64,000 nucleotides of DNA from contig CAVSIV010000001.1 in NCBI GenBank assembly GCA_963728205.1, forward strand, positions 480,001 to 544,000, read 5' to 3'. Made by a program: the position numbers and the translations under genes. How positions within the stretch are numbered: the first letter of the stretch is position 1; each line of letters begins with the position of its first letter. Shown here one piece after another: positions 48,455 to 58,775 of this stretch. The stretch is from an uncultured Chloroflexia bacterium. GTDB taxonomy: Bacteria > Chloroflexota > Dehalococcoidia > UBA2979. The notes below the pieces were generated by a model. The model did no database searches and was not told the DNA's origin. It worked only from the letters and a program-made list of their open reading frames with translations.

Positions 48455-49116
48455 TGGCGCCGCCGCCGCTGCTCCCCGACCGCTACCTCGACGCGCGCCG
48501 CGCGGACATCCTCGAGGCGTCGAAGCGCGTCTTCGTCCAGAAGGGCTTCGCCGCGGCGACGATGCACGACATCGCCGAAGAGGCGGGCGTCAGCGCGGGC
48601 AACATCTACCGGTACTTCGCGAGCAAGGAAGACCTGATTCGCGCCGTGACCGTCGAATGCGAGCGCGACTACGCGACGCTGTTCGAGGGCAACGGCCAGG
48701 CCGTGACGTCGCCGATGGCGCTCCTCGAGCAGGCCGGCCACGAGGAGTGGCACGCGATCCGGGAGCCCGGCGGCCGCGACCGGGCCGTCCTCAACCTTGA
48801 GTCCACGCTCGTCGGCTCGCGCAACGCCGAGGTCGGCACGGCGATCGCCGAGGCGATGCGGTCGACGCACGGCCTGCTGGTGCGCCTCGTCGCCGCCGCG
48901 CAGGAGCGCGGCGAGATCGCGGACGGGGTGGATCCCGCGGCGCTCGCGATGTTCCTCGTCGCCGCCACGCACGGGGTGCAGGTGCTGACGCTGCAGCTGG
49001 GAGACGAGGTCGACGTCGACGCGACGTGGCAGGTGCTCGTGCAGCTGCTGAAGGCGTTCACCGGCACGGCCGCCGCGCCGGAGCCGCAGGGCGTGGCCGG
49101 CGGAGCCTCCTCGTGA
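48454..49116 (+). CDS. TetR-family regulator
   Basis: ILEASKRVF..KGF..ATMHDIAEEAGVSAGNIYRYFASKEDL. Confidence 0.95.
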   Translation: MAPPPLLPDRYLDARRADILEASKRVFVQKGFAAATMHDIAEEAGVSAGNIYRYFASKEDLIRAVTVECERDYATLFEGNGQAVTSPMALLEQAGHEEWHAIREPGGRDRAVLNLESTLVGSRNAEVGTAIAEAMRSTHGLLVRLVAAAQERGEIADGVDPAALAMFLVAATHGVQVLTLQLGDEVDVDATWQVLVQLLKAFTGTAAAPEPQGVAGGASS

Positions 49117-51335
49117 CCCGCCTGGGGTGGACCGGCCGGCTGGCGCGCTGGAGCGCCGAGCGCCGCTGGCGGGTGCTCGGCGCCTGGCTCCTCGCGCTCG
49201 TCGTGGTCACCGCCGTCGCGGGCGCCGTCGGGGGCGTCTTCACGACGGAGATCGAGTTCACGAACAGCCCGGAGTCGCAGCAGGCGAAGCGCATCATCGA
49301 GCGCGCCCGCGGTGCGGAGCCGCTCGCCGAGACCATCGTCGTCCGCAACCCCTCGCTCACCGTCGACGACCCCGCATTCCGCGCGCAGGTCACGGACATC
49401 GCGGCCGCGCTGCGCGCGCAGCCAGCGATGGTCGACCCGTCCAGCGTCGTCACGTTCTACGACAGCGGCGTCGCGCAGCTCGTGTCGGCGGACCGTCACA
49501 CGACGCTGATCCCGGCGATGCTCACGGGCACGCTCGACGCGTCGGGGCCGAAGGTGCACTGGCTGCAGGACACGATCGCCGCGCGCGCGCAGCCGGGGTT
49601 CATCGTGCTCGACGGCGGCTACGCGAGCCTCAGCGACGCGTTCAACCAGGTCGCCCAGCACGACCTGTCCGCCGAGGAGCGCGTGATGCCGATCGCGCTC
49701 CTCGTCCTCGTCCTCGTCTTCGGCGCCGTCGTTGCCGCGCTCGTGCCGATGGGGCTCGCGTTCCTCGCGATCTTCCTCGCGTTCGGCGCGGTCACGCTGC
49801 TCTCGCAGCTGTGGCCGCTCTCCACCTTCGTCCAGAACATGGTGCTGATGATCGGCCTCGCCGTCGGCATCGACTACGCGTTGTTCATCGTGCAGCGGTT
49901 CCGCGAGGAGCGGCAGCGTGGCCACGCCGTGCTCGACGCGATCGGCTACGCGGGCGACATCGCGACGCGCGCGGTGGTGTTCTCGGGCGCGACCGTCGTG
50001 ATCGCGCTGTGCGGCCTGCTGATCGTGCCGACGAACATCTTCCGCAGCTTCGGCCTCGGCTCCGCGATCGTCGTCATCCTGGCGGTGGCGATCTCGCTCA
50101 CCGCGCTTCCGGCCGTGCTCGGCCTGCTCGGCGACCGCGTGAACGCGCTCTCGGTGCCGTTCATCGGCGCGCGCAGCCATGCCGCCGACGTCGACCACGA
50201 GCGCGGCTTCTGGGCCTGGGTCGCGCGCCGGGTGATGGCGCGGCCGCTGATCTCGATCGTGCTCTCGGTCGGACTGCTCGTCGCGCTGTCGCTGCCGTAC
50301 TTCTCGATCCGGCTCGGGCAGTCGGGCGCCGAGACGTTCCCCGCCTCGTACCAGGCGCGGCAGGCGTTCGACATCCTCAACCAGCAGTTCTCCGCGGGCC
50401 TGCTTGCGCCCACCGACATCGTGGTCAGCGCGCCCGACGTCACCGCCGCGCCGGTGCAGCAGGCGGCCGCCCGCCTCGTGGCCGCGCTGCAGGCGGACCC
50501 GCAGATCGAGGTGGTCGCCGCGCCGCAGGTCACCGGCGGCGTGCTCATCCTCGAGGTGAGCGTGCCCGGCGACGTCGCAGGCAACGAGGCGATCGACGCC
50601 GTGCGACGCATCCGGCAGGACTACGTGCCGGCCGCATTCGCCGGCACCGGCGCGCACGTCGTGGTCGGCGGCCCGACGGCCCTCGACTCCGACTTCTTCG
50701 ACCTCGTGCACACCTACACGCCGATCACGTTCGCGTTCGTGCTCGGCCTCAGCTTCGTATTGCTGCTGCTCGTGTTCCGGTCCCTGATCGTCCCGCTGAA
50801 GGCGATCGTGATGAACCTGCTCTCCGTCGGCGCGGTCGGTGACGTCGGGATCTTCCAGCGCGGCTGGCTGACCGGGCCCCTGTGGTTCCAGCGCGTCGAC
50901 AAGATCGAGGCGTGGCTGCCGCTGTTCCTGTTCACGGTGCTGTTCGGGCTGTCGATGGACTACCACGTCTTCCTGCTCAGCCGGATCCGCGAGCGCTTCG
51001 ACGAGACGGGGCGCAATACGGCGTCGGTCGCGTACGGGCTGCGCAGCACCGCGAACATCATCACGGGCGCGGCGGCGATCATGGTGGCGGTGTTCAGCGG
51101 GTTCGCGCTCGGCCAGCTCGTGATGTTCCAGCAGATCGGCGTCGGTCTCGCGGTCGCCGTGTTCCTCGACGCCACCGTCGTGCGCACGGTGCTGGTGCCC
51201 GCGACGATGCGCCTCCTCGGGGACTGGAACTGGTACCTGCCGTCGTGGCTGCGGTGGCTGCCGGACCTCCGCGTCGAGCGCCGCGTGCCCGGCGCCGACG
51301 GGCCGGCGGACGAGCGGACGTCCGCCGCCGTGTGA
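49113..51335 (+). CDS. MMPL-family (RND) transporter
   Basis: GLAVGIDYALF..RFREE, FGLSMDYHVFLLSRIRE, DATVVR.VLVPA. Confidence 0.93.
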   Translation: MTRLGWTGRLARWSAERRWRVLGAWLLALVVVTAVAGAVGGVFTTEIEFTNSPESQQAKRIIERARGAEPLAETIVVRNPSLTVDDPAFRAQVTDIAAALRAQPAMVDPSSVVTFYDSGVAQLVSADRHTTLIPAMLTGTLDASGPKVHWLQDTIAARAQPGFIVLDGGYASLSDAFNQVAQHDLSAEERVMPIALLVLVLVFGAVVAALVPMGLAFLAIFLAFGAVTLLSQLWPLSTFVQNMVLMIGLAVGIDYALFIVQRFREERQRGHAVLDAIGYAGDIATRAVVFSGATVVIALCGLLIVPTNIFRSFGLGSAIVVILAVAISLTALPAVLGLLGDRVNALSVPFIGARSHAADVDHERGFWAWVARRVMARPLISIVLSVGLLVALSLPYFSIRLGQSGAETFPASYQARQAFDILNQQFSAGLLAPTDIVVSAPDVTAAPVQQAAARLVAALQADPQIEVVAAPQVTGGVLILEVSVPGDVAGNEAIDAVRRIRQDYVPAAFAGTGAHVVVGGPTALDSDFFDLVHTYTPITFAFVLGLSFVLLLLVFRSLIVPLKAIVMNLLSVGAVGDVGIFQRGWLTGPLWFQRVDKIEAWLPLFLFTVLFGLSMDYHVFLLSRIRERFDETGRNTASVAYGLRSTANIITGAAAIMVAVFSGFALGQLVMFQQIGVGLAVAVFLDATVVRTVLVPATMRLLGDWNWYLPSWLRWLPDLRVERRVPGADGPADERTSAAV

Positions 51336-51347
51336 TAGCGGCGCCGC

Positions 51348-52424
51348 TCAGCGGAAGTACAGCGTCGCCATGAGCCAGTCGAGCGTGGCCCGCCGCGCGG
51401 CATGCGCGGCCACCGTCCCGCCCGACGACTCCGCCACCAGCGTCCCGCCGCCGGGCAGCGGCACCAGGTAGCGCGTCACGAGGGTCCCGTCGCCGAGCGG
51501 CGACCCGGCGCGCGCGGTCGTCTCCATGCGCACCGCCTCGGTGCCGGCGACGCGCACCTCGGTCATCGACGCGGTCTGCTCGTCGCGCAAGCGGTCCACG
51601 AGCTCGTCGCGCAGCCCGCGATTGCTCTGCTCGATGCGGATCGCGGCCCCGCCGGTCGTGCCGGGCAGCACCACGAGCGGCTGAGGGTCGAAGAGCGAGC
51701 AGGGTGGCGCGCCCGAGGCGTTCGCGTACCAGCCGGGCGGGTAGCCGAGCGAGTAGCCGGCGATCGGGTTCGTGCACCTGGCGGGGCCGAGCGGCGCCGT
51801 CGTCGCCGGCAGCTCGCCGGGACGGGGGATGCGCAGGCGCATGCCGGCGTAGATCAGGTTCGGGTCCGCGATGCCGTTCGCGACCGCGAGCTGAGCGGTG
51901 CTGAGGTTGTAGCCCGCGGCGATCTGCCAGAGCGCGTCGCCCGAGCGCACCGTGTAGAACTGCTCGCGGAGCGTCGCGCCCTTGGGCAGGTGCCACGGCC
52001 CGGCGTCGGCGCGCGTGAGGTCGCGCGCGGCGAAGAGGACCTGGTTGCCGTGGATCTCGGCGTGGTAGCGGAAGACGTCGTCGCCGAGCGCCGCCCACAC
52101 GACATAACCGTCGACGGTGTGCTGCGCGCATGCGACCCCCGGCGTGTGGATGCCCAGACAGGCGTCGCTCCACGTCACGGCGACGGCATCGACGATCTCC
52201 ACGTCCGAGGGGTCGGCGCCGGTGCGCGAGCCGATGTCGGCGCGCACGACGTACTCGACGGCGGGTGGGAGCTCGACGGCGCGTGCGACCGACGCGGGGG
52301 TCGTGGCGACGAGCGCGAGGAGGGCGAGGAGGGCGAGCAGGGCGGGGACGGCGCGACGCAGGCAGCGGCGCAGCGAGGCAGGCTCGTGCGAAGTTGGGAA
52401 GCGCATCGGTTCGAGGTTCCTCAC
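51348..52424 (-). CDS. Secreted LysM-domain protein
   Basis: Signal peptide; VTWSDACLG..(C)AQ..VDGY domain; LysM YTVRSGDALWQIA...NGIADPNLIYAGMRLRIP; start may be 52406. Confidence 0.8.
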   Translation of the reverse strand: MRNLEPMRFPTSHEPASLRRCLRRAVPALLALLALLALVATTPASVARAVELPPAVEYVVRADIGSRTGADPSDVEIVDAVAVTWSDACLGIHTPGVACAQHTVDGYVVWAALGDDVFRYHAEIHGNQVLFAARDLTRADAGPWHLPKGATLREQFYTVRSGDALWQIAAGYNLSTAQLAVANGIADPNLIYAGMRLRIPRPGELPATTAPLGPARCTNPIAGYSLGYPPGWYANASGAPPCSLFDPQPLVVLPGTTGGAAIRIEQSNRGLRDELVDRLRDEQTASMTEVRVAGTEAVRMETTARAGSPLGDGTLVTRYLVPLPGGGTLVAESSGGTVAAHAARRATLDWLMATLYFR

Positions 52425-52580
52425 GTGCCGCCCGGCCGTCTCAGGCTATCAGGCGCACGCAGCAGGTCCGAGTCGCGCGCCGGCCGGCGTCGTGCGCCCA
52501 CCGCCGGCGCCCCCCGCCGCGCGCCCGCTTCTGGCACAATCAGCCACCATCCCACGCCGGCGCACGCGAAGAGGGGCCCC

Positions 52581-53612
52581 ATGCTCGAGACAATCCAGCT
52601 CGGCCAGAACAGCGGTCTCGCCGTGTCGAAGCTCATCCTCGGCACGATGAACTTCGGCGAGCCCGGGCGCGGACACCAGGGCGACTGGACGCTCGATATC
52701 GACCAGGCCCGCCCGATCTTCAAGGCCGCGCTCGATCACGGGCTGTTCGCCTTCGATTGCGCCGACGTCTACGGCATCGGCGCCTGCGAGCGCACCGTCG
52801 GCGCGCTGCTCCGCGAGCTCGCCCCGCGCGACGAGTACGTGATCTCGACGAAGATCTCCGGCGCGATGGGGCGCAACCCGAACCAGGGCGGGCTCTCGCG
52901 CAAGCACATCATGGAGGGCGTCGACGCGAGCCTGCAGCGGCTCGGGCTCGATCACATCGACCAGCTGATCATCCACCGCCACCCGCACGGCCGCCCCGGC
53001 CTCCCGCAGACGCCGATCGAGGAGACGCTCGAGGCGCTGCACGACGTCGTGAAGGCCGGCAAGGTCCTGTACCTCGGCGCGTCGTCGATGTTCGCCTGGC
53101 AGTTCACCGAGCTGCAGCTGACGGCGGAACTGCACGGCTGGACGAAGTTCATCTCGATGCAGAACCACTACAACCTCGTCTACCGCGAGGAAGAGCGCGA
53201 GATGATCCCGTACTGCGTGAAGACGGGCGTGCCGCTCACGCCGTGGTCGCCGCTCGCGCGGGGCATCCTCACCGGTTCCTACCGCGGCGGCTTCGACGCG
53301 GGCGCCACGGACCGCGCGCGCGGCCGCGACCGCATCCGCACCGAGGGCCTCTACCGCGGCGAGCACACGTTCGAGATCGCCGACCGGGTCGTGGAGGTGG
53401 CGGAGAAGTACGAGAAGGCGCCGGCGCAGATCGCGCTCGCATGGCTGCTGAACAAGCCCGAGATCGCGGCGCCGGTCGTGGGCGTCTCGAAGATCGAGCA
53501 GCTCGACCAGCTCGTGGCCGCGACGGAGATCACGCTCGCGGACGAGGACGTCGCGTACCTCGAGGAGCTGTACCAGCCGCTGGAGAACCTGCTCTCGATC
53601 GGGACGTCCTGA
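52581..53612 (+). CDS. Aldo/keto reductase
   Basis: LGTMNFG, DCADVYG, GLSRKHI, GKVLYLGASSM, QNHYNL. Confidence 0.95.
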   Translation: MLETIQLGQNSGLAVSKLILGTMNFGEPGRGHQGDWTLDIDQARPIFKAALDHGLFAFDCADVYGIGACERTVGALLRELAPRDEYVISTKISGAMGRNPNQGGLSRKHIMEGVDASLQRLGLDHIDQLIIHRHPHGRPGLPQTPIEETLEALHDVVKAGKVLYLGASSMFAWQFTELQLTAELHGWTKFISMQNHYNLVYREEEREMIPYCVKTGVPLTPWSPLARGILTGSYRGGFDAGATDRARGRDRIRTEGLYRGEHTFEIADRVVEVAEKYEKAPAQIALAWLLNKPEIAAPVVGVSKIEQLDQLVAATEITLADEDVAYLEELYQPLENLLSIGTS

Positions 53613-53779
53613 GCGACGCCCGGCGGCCGGCTCGTCGCGCCGACGGTCCGTCGCCGTCGATGCGGCGCGGCTCGCGCGTCGGTCCGCGGCGGTAGCGCGC
53701 GAGGACGGCCGGGAGCGCGGCCTTCGGCTCGCACGCCGTGGCGGGATCGGTGTCGCCGCGACGCCCCTCGCAAGAGCGC

Positions 53780-53922
53780 GAGTTGCACGAGCACGGCGCC
53801 CTCGTCGACGAAGGCGTCGACGGCGGCGAGGATCCCGCCGGCGGTGCCGGCGCTCGGTGCTGCCGCGGGCGTGAGCATCTTCATCGACTCGAGCGTCAGC
53901 AGCTCGTCGTCCGCCGCGGCGG
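53780..53922 (-). pseudogene. Truncated biotin carboxyl carrier (biotinyl) domain
   Basis: 'DDELLTLESMKMLTPAAAPSAGTAGGILAAVDAFVDEGAVLVQL' with the MKM biotinylation motif at 53876-53884; N-terminal half and a proper stop are missing. Confidence 0.6.
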
Positions 53923-55467
53923 CTACGGTCGCATCAGCCGCGGATGCGGCCCGACATGCTGGCGCAGCGGGATCTGCGCCTGGCGGATCCACTGCACGAC
54001 CAGGGGCCGCGTCTCGCGCGGGTCGACGAGGTCGTAGAGCCCGAAGGACTCGGCGCGCAGGAACGGCGTGCGGTCCTGCTCGTGCATCGCCTCCAGCTCC
54101 CGGCGGCGGGCGTCGGGGTCGGGCGCCGCTTCGATCTCGCGGCGGTATGCCGCCCACACGCCCCCTTCGATCGGGATCGACCCCCACTCGCCGGACGGCC
54201 ACGCGTAGACCGGGCCGTTCCCGTTGTGATGCGCGCCGGCCGCCACGCCGTAGGCGCGCCGCACGATGAAGTTCACCCATGGGATCGTCGACTGGTTCAC
54301 GGCCGACAGCGCGCGCACGCCCTTGCGCAGCGTGCCGGCCGTCTCCGCGTCGACGCCGACCATGAAGCCGGGCTCGTCTTCGAACGAGAGCATCGGGAGG
54401 TGGAACGTGTCGCAGAGGTCGACGAAGCGCACGATCTTGTCGGCCGCCTCGGCGTCCATTGCGCCGCCGTTGAAGTTCGGGTTGTTCGACATCACGCCGA
54501 CGGCGTAGCCGTCGACCCGCGCGAAGCCCGTCATCAGCGCGCGGCCGAAGTGCGTCGTGACCTCGAAGAAGGAGTCGCGGTCGACGACCGCCTCGATCAG
54601 GCGGCGCGGGTTGAACGTGCGCCGGCGGTCGCGCGGGATGATCGAGAGCAGCGACGCCTCGCGCCGCTCCGGGTCGTCGACGGGCTCGCACCGCGGTGGC
54701 AGCTCCCAGGCGTTCGACGGGAGGTAGGAGAGGAAGCGCCGGATCTGGGCGAAGGCATCGGCCTCGTCCTCGGCCACGTTGTCAATCAGGCCGTTGCGCG
54801 CGTGCACCTGCCAGCCGCCGAGTTCCTCCTTCGACGGGAGCCGGCCGATGGCGCGCTCCACCACCGGCGGCCCGCCCGCGAAGAGGAAGCCGCTGCCCTT
54901 CACCATCACCGCGAAGTGGCTGTAGGCGACGCGCGCCGCCGCGATGCCGGCGCAGGCGCCCATCGCCGCGGCCACCACCGGGATGCTCCCCAGCAGGTCG
55001 ACATACGGCGACAGCGCATGCCCGGCGAGCGCGCTCCCCGAGTGTCGCGAGCGGTTCGTGCGCACGCTGCCGCCGGCGCCCTCGTGCAGGCGCACGAGCG
55101 GCACGCGCATGCGGCGCGCGACGTGGTCGATGTAGTAGCCCTTCGCGCTGCCACCGCCGTCCGAGGCGCCGCCGCGGATCGTGGCGTCCTCGCCGCCAAT
55201 CACGACGGGACGGCCGTCGACTGAGCCGGTGCCGAGCAGCGCGTTCGACGGCGTGACGGAGACGACGTTGCCGTCGTCGTCGCGCTCGACGCTCGCGCTG
55301 AGGACGCCGATCTCGCTGAAGGAGCCGGGGTCGAGCACGGCGTCGATGCGCTCGCGGATGGTGAGCTCGCCGCGCCCGTGCTGGCGCGCGACCGCCTCAT
55401 CGCCGCCCAGCGCGCGGGCGATGCCGCGGCGGCGCTCAATCTCGTCGACTTCCGGTTGCCACGTCAT
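53923..55467 (-). CDS. Acyl-CoA carboxylase, carboxyltransferase (beta) subunit
   Basis: LTIRERI..VLDPGSF, GGPPVV, EELGG, DEPGFMVG..AE, RRAYG. Confidence 0.92.
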   Translation of the reverse strand: MTWQPEVDEIERRRGIARALGGDEAVARQHGRGELTIRERIDAVLDPGSFSEIGVLSASVERDDDGNVVSVTPSNALLGTGSVDGRPVVIGGEDATIRGGASDGGGSAKGYYIDHVARRMRVPLVRLHEGAGGSVRTNRSRHSGSALAGHALSPYVDLLGSIPVVAAAMGACAGIAAARVAYSHFAVMVKGSGFLFAGGPPVVERAIGRLPSKEELGGWQVHARNGLIDNVAEDEADAFAQIRRFLSYLPSNAWELPPRCEPVDDPERREASLLSIIPRDRRRTFNPRRLIEAVVDRDSFFEVTTHFGRALMTGFARVDGYAVGVMSNNPNFNGGAMDAEAADKIVRFVDLCDTFHLPMLSFEDEPGFMVGVDAETAGTLRKGVRALSAVNQSTIPWVNFIVRRAYGVAAGAHHNGNGPVYAWPSGEWGSIPIEGGVWAAYRREIEAAPDPDARRRELEAMHEQDRTPFLRAESFGLYDLVDPRETRPLVVQWIRQAQIPLRQHVGPHPRLMRP

Positions 55468-55483
55468 CGCGTCACTCCTCTGT

Positions 55484-55642
55484 GGCGAGCGGACGGCGTT
55501 CCGCCCTCCGACCCTGGTAGCAGCTCCCGTGCCGTCCCCGGCTGTACGTCAAAGCGGCGGCAGACACGCCGCCGACAGACGCGCGGCGGCCAGCCGCGGA
55601 CTGCGTCCGCGCCCTGTCGGCGGCATGTCTGCCGCCGCTTTG
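55484..55642. repeat. Degenerate family B copy (55484-55512) next to a family A REPIN doublet (55550-55642)
   Basis: CAAAGCGGCGGCAGACACGCCGCCGACAG / CTGTCGGCGGCATGTCTGCCGCCGCTTTG; spacer similar to that at 11469-11502. Confidence 0.85.
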
Positions 55643-55664
55643 GGTCGCGCCCGACGCGCCGCGT

Positions 55665-58081
55665 TCACTCCAGCGCTCCTTCGGCGGCGTACTCGGCGAT
55701 CTCGTTCGGTGTCAGGCCGAGCACCTCGGTCAGCACGTCGAACGTGTGCTCGCCGATCAGCGGCGCGCGCGACGTGCGCGGCGGGTGGCGCCGCGCCTGC
55801 ACCGGGTTCGCGTGCACCAGGAACTCGCGACCGGACGGGTGGTCGACCGCGACGAAGTGTTCCGCCAGCACCGGGTCGCGCTCCACCATGTCGACGATCG
55901 TCTGATACGGGCCCGCCGGGACGCCCGCCGCCTGCAGCGTCTCCGCGACCGCGTGCTTGTCGCGGCTCGCCGTCCACGACTGCAGTGCCGCGTCGATCTC
56001 CGCGCGGTGGGCGCGGCGACCGGCGAGCGTGTCGAGTTCCGCGCGCGCCAGCGCGGCGAGGCTCGTCGCCTCGGCCAGCGCGCGCCACTGCGCGTCGGTC
56101 TCCACCGCGATCGCGCACCACGCGTCTTCACCGCTGCAGCGGTAGTAGTCGTGCGGACAGGCGGCCGGGTCGTCGTTGCCGCGCGGTTCGGGCGCCACGC
56201 CCGCCGCGCTGTATTCGAGAATCGACGCGCCCATGAGCGCCACCGTCGACTCGTACTGGCTGACCTCGATGAACTGCCCCTCCCCGGAGCGCTCGCGCTC
56301 GATCAGCGCCGCGACAATCGCCGCCGCCGCGTGAAACGGGTTCGGCGCGAAGTCGCCGTACTGGTGGCCCCACGGCAGCGGCGGTTCGCCCCGGTGGCCG
56401 GACACCGACTTCAGCCCGGCCACGCCCACGAACATGTCCCCGAAGCCGCGCCAGCCGCGTCGCGGTCCGGCGCTCTCCATCGACGGCATGTTCGCGACGA
56501 TCACGCGCGGATTGAGCGCGCGGGCCTGCTGGTAGCCGATGCCCCAGCGGTCGAGCTGATCGCCGGCGAGGTTGCAGACGACGACATCGGAGGCGGCGAC
56601 CAGGCGGCGCAACAGGTCGCGCCCGTGGTCGGACGCGAGGTTCAGGGTGCAGGACCGCTTGTTCGCGTTCGCGTCCTGGAAGTAGCCGCCGGTATCGGGG
56701 TTGGAGTTGGCGTCGCCCGGGAGCTCGCCGTACAGCGGGATGCGGTTCGCGCGGCCGACGTCCATGCGGCGACGCGACTCCACTCTCGATCACGTCGGCG
56801 CCGAAGTCGGCGAGTAGCCGGCAGGCGAGCGGGCCGGCGATGATCCACGAGAGGTCGAGCACGCGGATGCCCGCGAGCGGGGTCCCGCCGTCCGACGGCG
56901 ACGTCTCGCGCGCCGAGGTCCGGCCGTCCGACGGCGAGCGGAGGGCGTGCCGCCCTCCGTCCCCCGCCGGGGCAACCGCGGGATCCGCTCGCCGCGGCGC
57001 CGCGGGCGCGCGGCGGCCCGCCGCGTACGGCGTGCGCGAGAAGCGCACCGGCGCGCCGGCGTCGAGCAACGTGGCCGCGCCGCCCGCCGCCTCCACCTCG
57101 ACGAAGAAGTCTCGCTCGCGCAGGAACGGGTCTGCGACGAGGTCGGCGGCATCGTGCACCGGCAGGCCGTTGAGGCCGTATGCCTGCACGATCTCGGTGA
57201 GCGCGGCGCGCGTGAACCCGGCCGCGAAGGCGGTGAACGCCGCCTCCGGGCGCGGGTCCGCGATGAACGCGGCGTGCGACATCGACGCCCGCATCGCGGG
57301 GAGCTCGCCGGCGCAGCCGTGCGCCTCCAGCATCGCGAGCGTGCGCTCCGGCTCGCGCCACGCCGAGATCGCGACGTAGCCGTCGCGCGCCGCGTACAGC
57401 CCCGCCGGCAACCGATCGGCGCGTGGCGCGCGCGCCCGCACGATGCCGAACTGGCGGTACATCGAGGCGTTCGACATCTGGAACGTGACGAGCGCGCCGA
57501 CCCGCTGCATCGCGACATCGATCCGCTCGCCCCCGCCGGCGCGGCGCGCGTGGAACAGCCCGATCGTCGCGCCGAGCGCGGCCGCCAGCCCCGACATCTG
57601 CGACGCCTGGGCGGGGCCGAAGCGTGCCGGTCGCTCGTCGCGATAGCCGAACAGCTGCGTCATCCCGCTCATCGCCTGCGCGACGAGGTCGCCGCCGAGC
57701 CAGCCGGCGCGCGGCCCGTCGATCCCGAACGGAGTGACGGAGATGACCACGAGCGGCGGCGTCTTCGCGGCGAGCGCGTCGAGGTCGAAGCCCCAGCGCG
57801 CGAGCTGGCCGTTGTCGATCACAACGTCGACGTCGTCGAGCCGACGAGCGAGCTCGGCGCGGCCCGCCGCGCCGGCGGGATCGAGCGCGACCGCGCGCTG
57901 GCCGGCGTGGTCGTGGAGGAAGCCGAGCGGCGCGTCGCGGCGCTGCGTAGAGCCGCCCGGCGGCTCCACGAGCGTGACGTCGGCGCCGAGGCCGGCGAGG
58001 AGCCGGCCCGCGTACGCGCCCCAGCGGTCCGCGAGAATCGAGGACGCGCGCGCCGGCGAGCGGACCCGTGTTGGCTGCCAT
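55665..58081 (-). pseudogene. Fused two-domain CaiB/BaiF CoA-transferase with two frameshifts (~58030 and ~56785)
   Basis: GPLAGARVLD | AYAGRLLAGLGADV...PLAGIRVLDLSWIIAGP..GADVI | VESRRR...QYGDF...APLIGEHT spread over three ORFs; may be sequencing errors. Confidence 0.85.
56930..56961. repeat. Family B palindrome inside the CoA-transferase interdomain linker
   Basis: GACGGCGAGCGGAGGGCGTGCCGCCCTCCGTC, translated in frame as DGGRHALRSPS. Confidence 0.8.
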
Positions 58082-58628
58082 CGCCTAGATCGATCCGCGC
58101 AGGCGCGGGTCGATCGCGGCGAGCAGCATGCGCGGCAGGATGAGCCGGGGCGGCGAGAGCATCGCGTCCATAGTTGCGCATGGTGACGAAGTCGGCGACT
58201 CCTGACCAGGCGCTCGCTCGTGCGCTCTCACAACCGGGCACGCGGGTCGAGCGGAACGTCGCCATGATCATCGTGAAGAGCCGTGGACCCCGGGGCCCCT
58301 CAGCCGGATCCGCCGTCGGGGCGTCGCACGCGGCACGCACCGACACGCCGGTCCCTGCCATTGCGTCGCGGGTGCGGGCGCGCCCGATCGGCTGATTCTC
58401 CGGGCGCTCGCGACGGACGGATCAGAAGGTCCAGCAGCGAACGCCCCGCATCCGACCTCCGGGATGAACGGGATTGCCGCTCCGCTGAGACGCGATCAAC
58501 GATCCGAGGAAGCTGGCAGGTGTCTTCGCCGCGATGATCCCGCTTAAGTCAGCTCGCGATGCCTGGTCAGCACGGCGAATGATCTCGGTTCGCATCCGAG
58601 AGGGATCGGCATCGCCCTGCGCGGGCGG

Positions 58629-58775
58629 TCAACTCCACCTCCGCCGGCCGCCGACGCCACCAATCGCCAGCACGACGAGGACGACGACGATCACGACGAG
58701 CAGGTTGTTGGTGAGAACGAACGCGCCACCGCCGAACACGAGCAGCAGCAGTAGCAGCAGCAGTAGCAGTCCCAC
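58629..58775 (-). CDS. 48-aa hydrophobic two-TM microprotein (not in ORF track)
   Basis: MGLLLLLLLLLLVFGGGAFVLTNNLLVVIVVVLVVLAIGGVGGRRRWS*; RBS AGGAGG 6 nt before GTG. Confidence 0.75.
   Translation of the reverse strand: MGLLLLLLLLLLVFGGGAFVLTNNLLVVIVVVLVVLAIGGVGGRRRWS

Noticed and set aside
50820-50860. Altered TM segment in MMPL (LSVGAVGDVGIFQ)
   Set aside because: Looks like a small local deletion or base-calling error; the frame is preserved and nothing more can be concluded.
58100-58620. Gene or ncRNA in the spacer upstream of the CoA-transferase
   Set aside because: No convincing ORF, RBS or recognisable RNA motif by eye.
58741-58770. CAG/TAG trinucleotide microsatellite
   Set aside because: Explained as the poly-Leu codons of the minus-strand microprotein.
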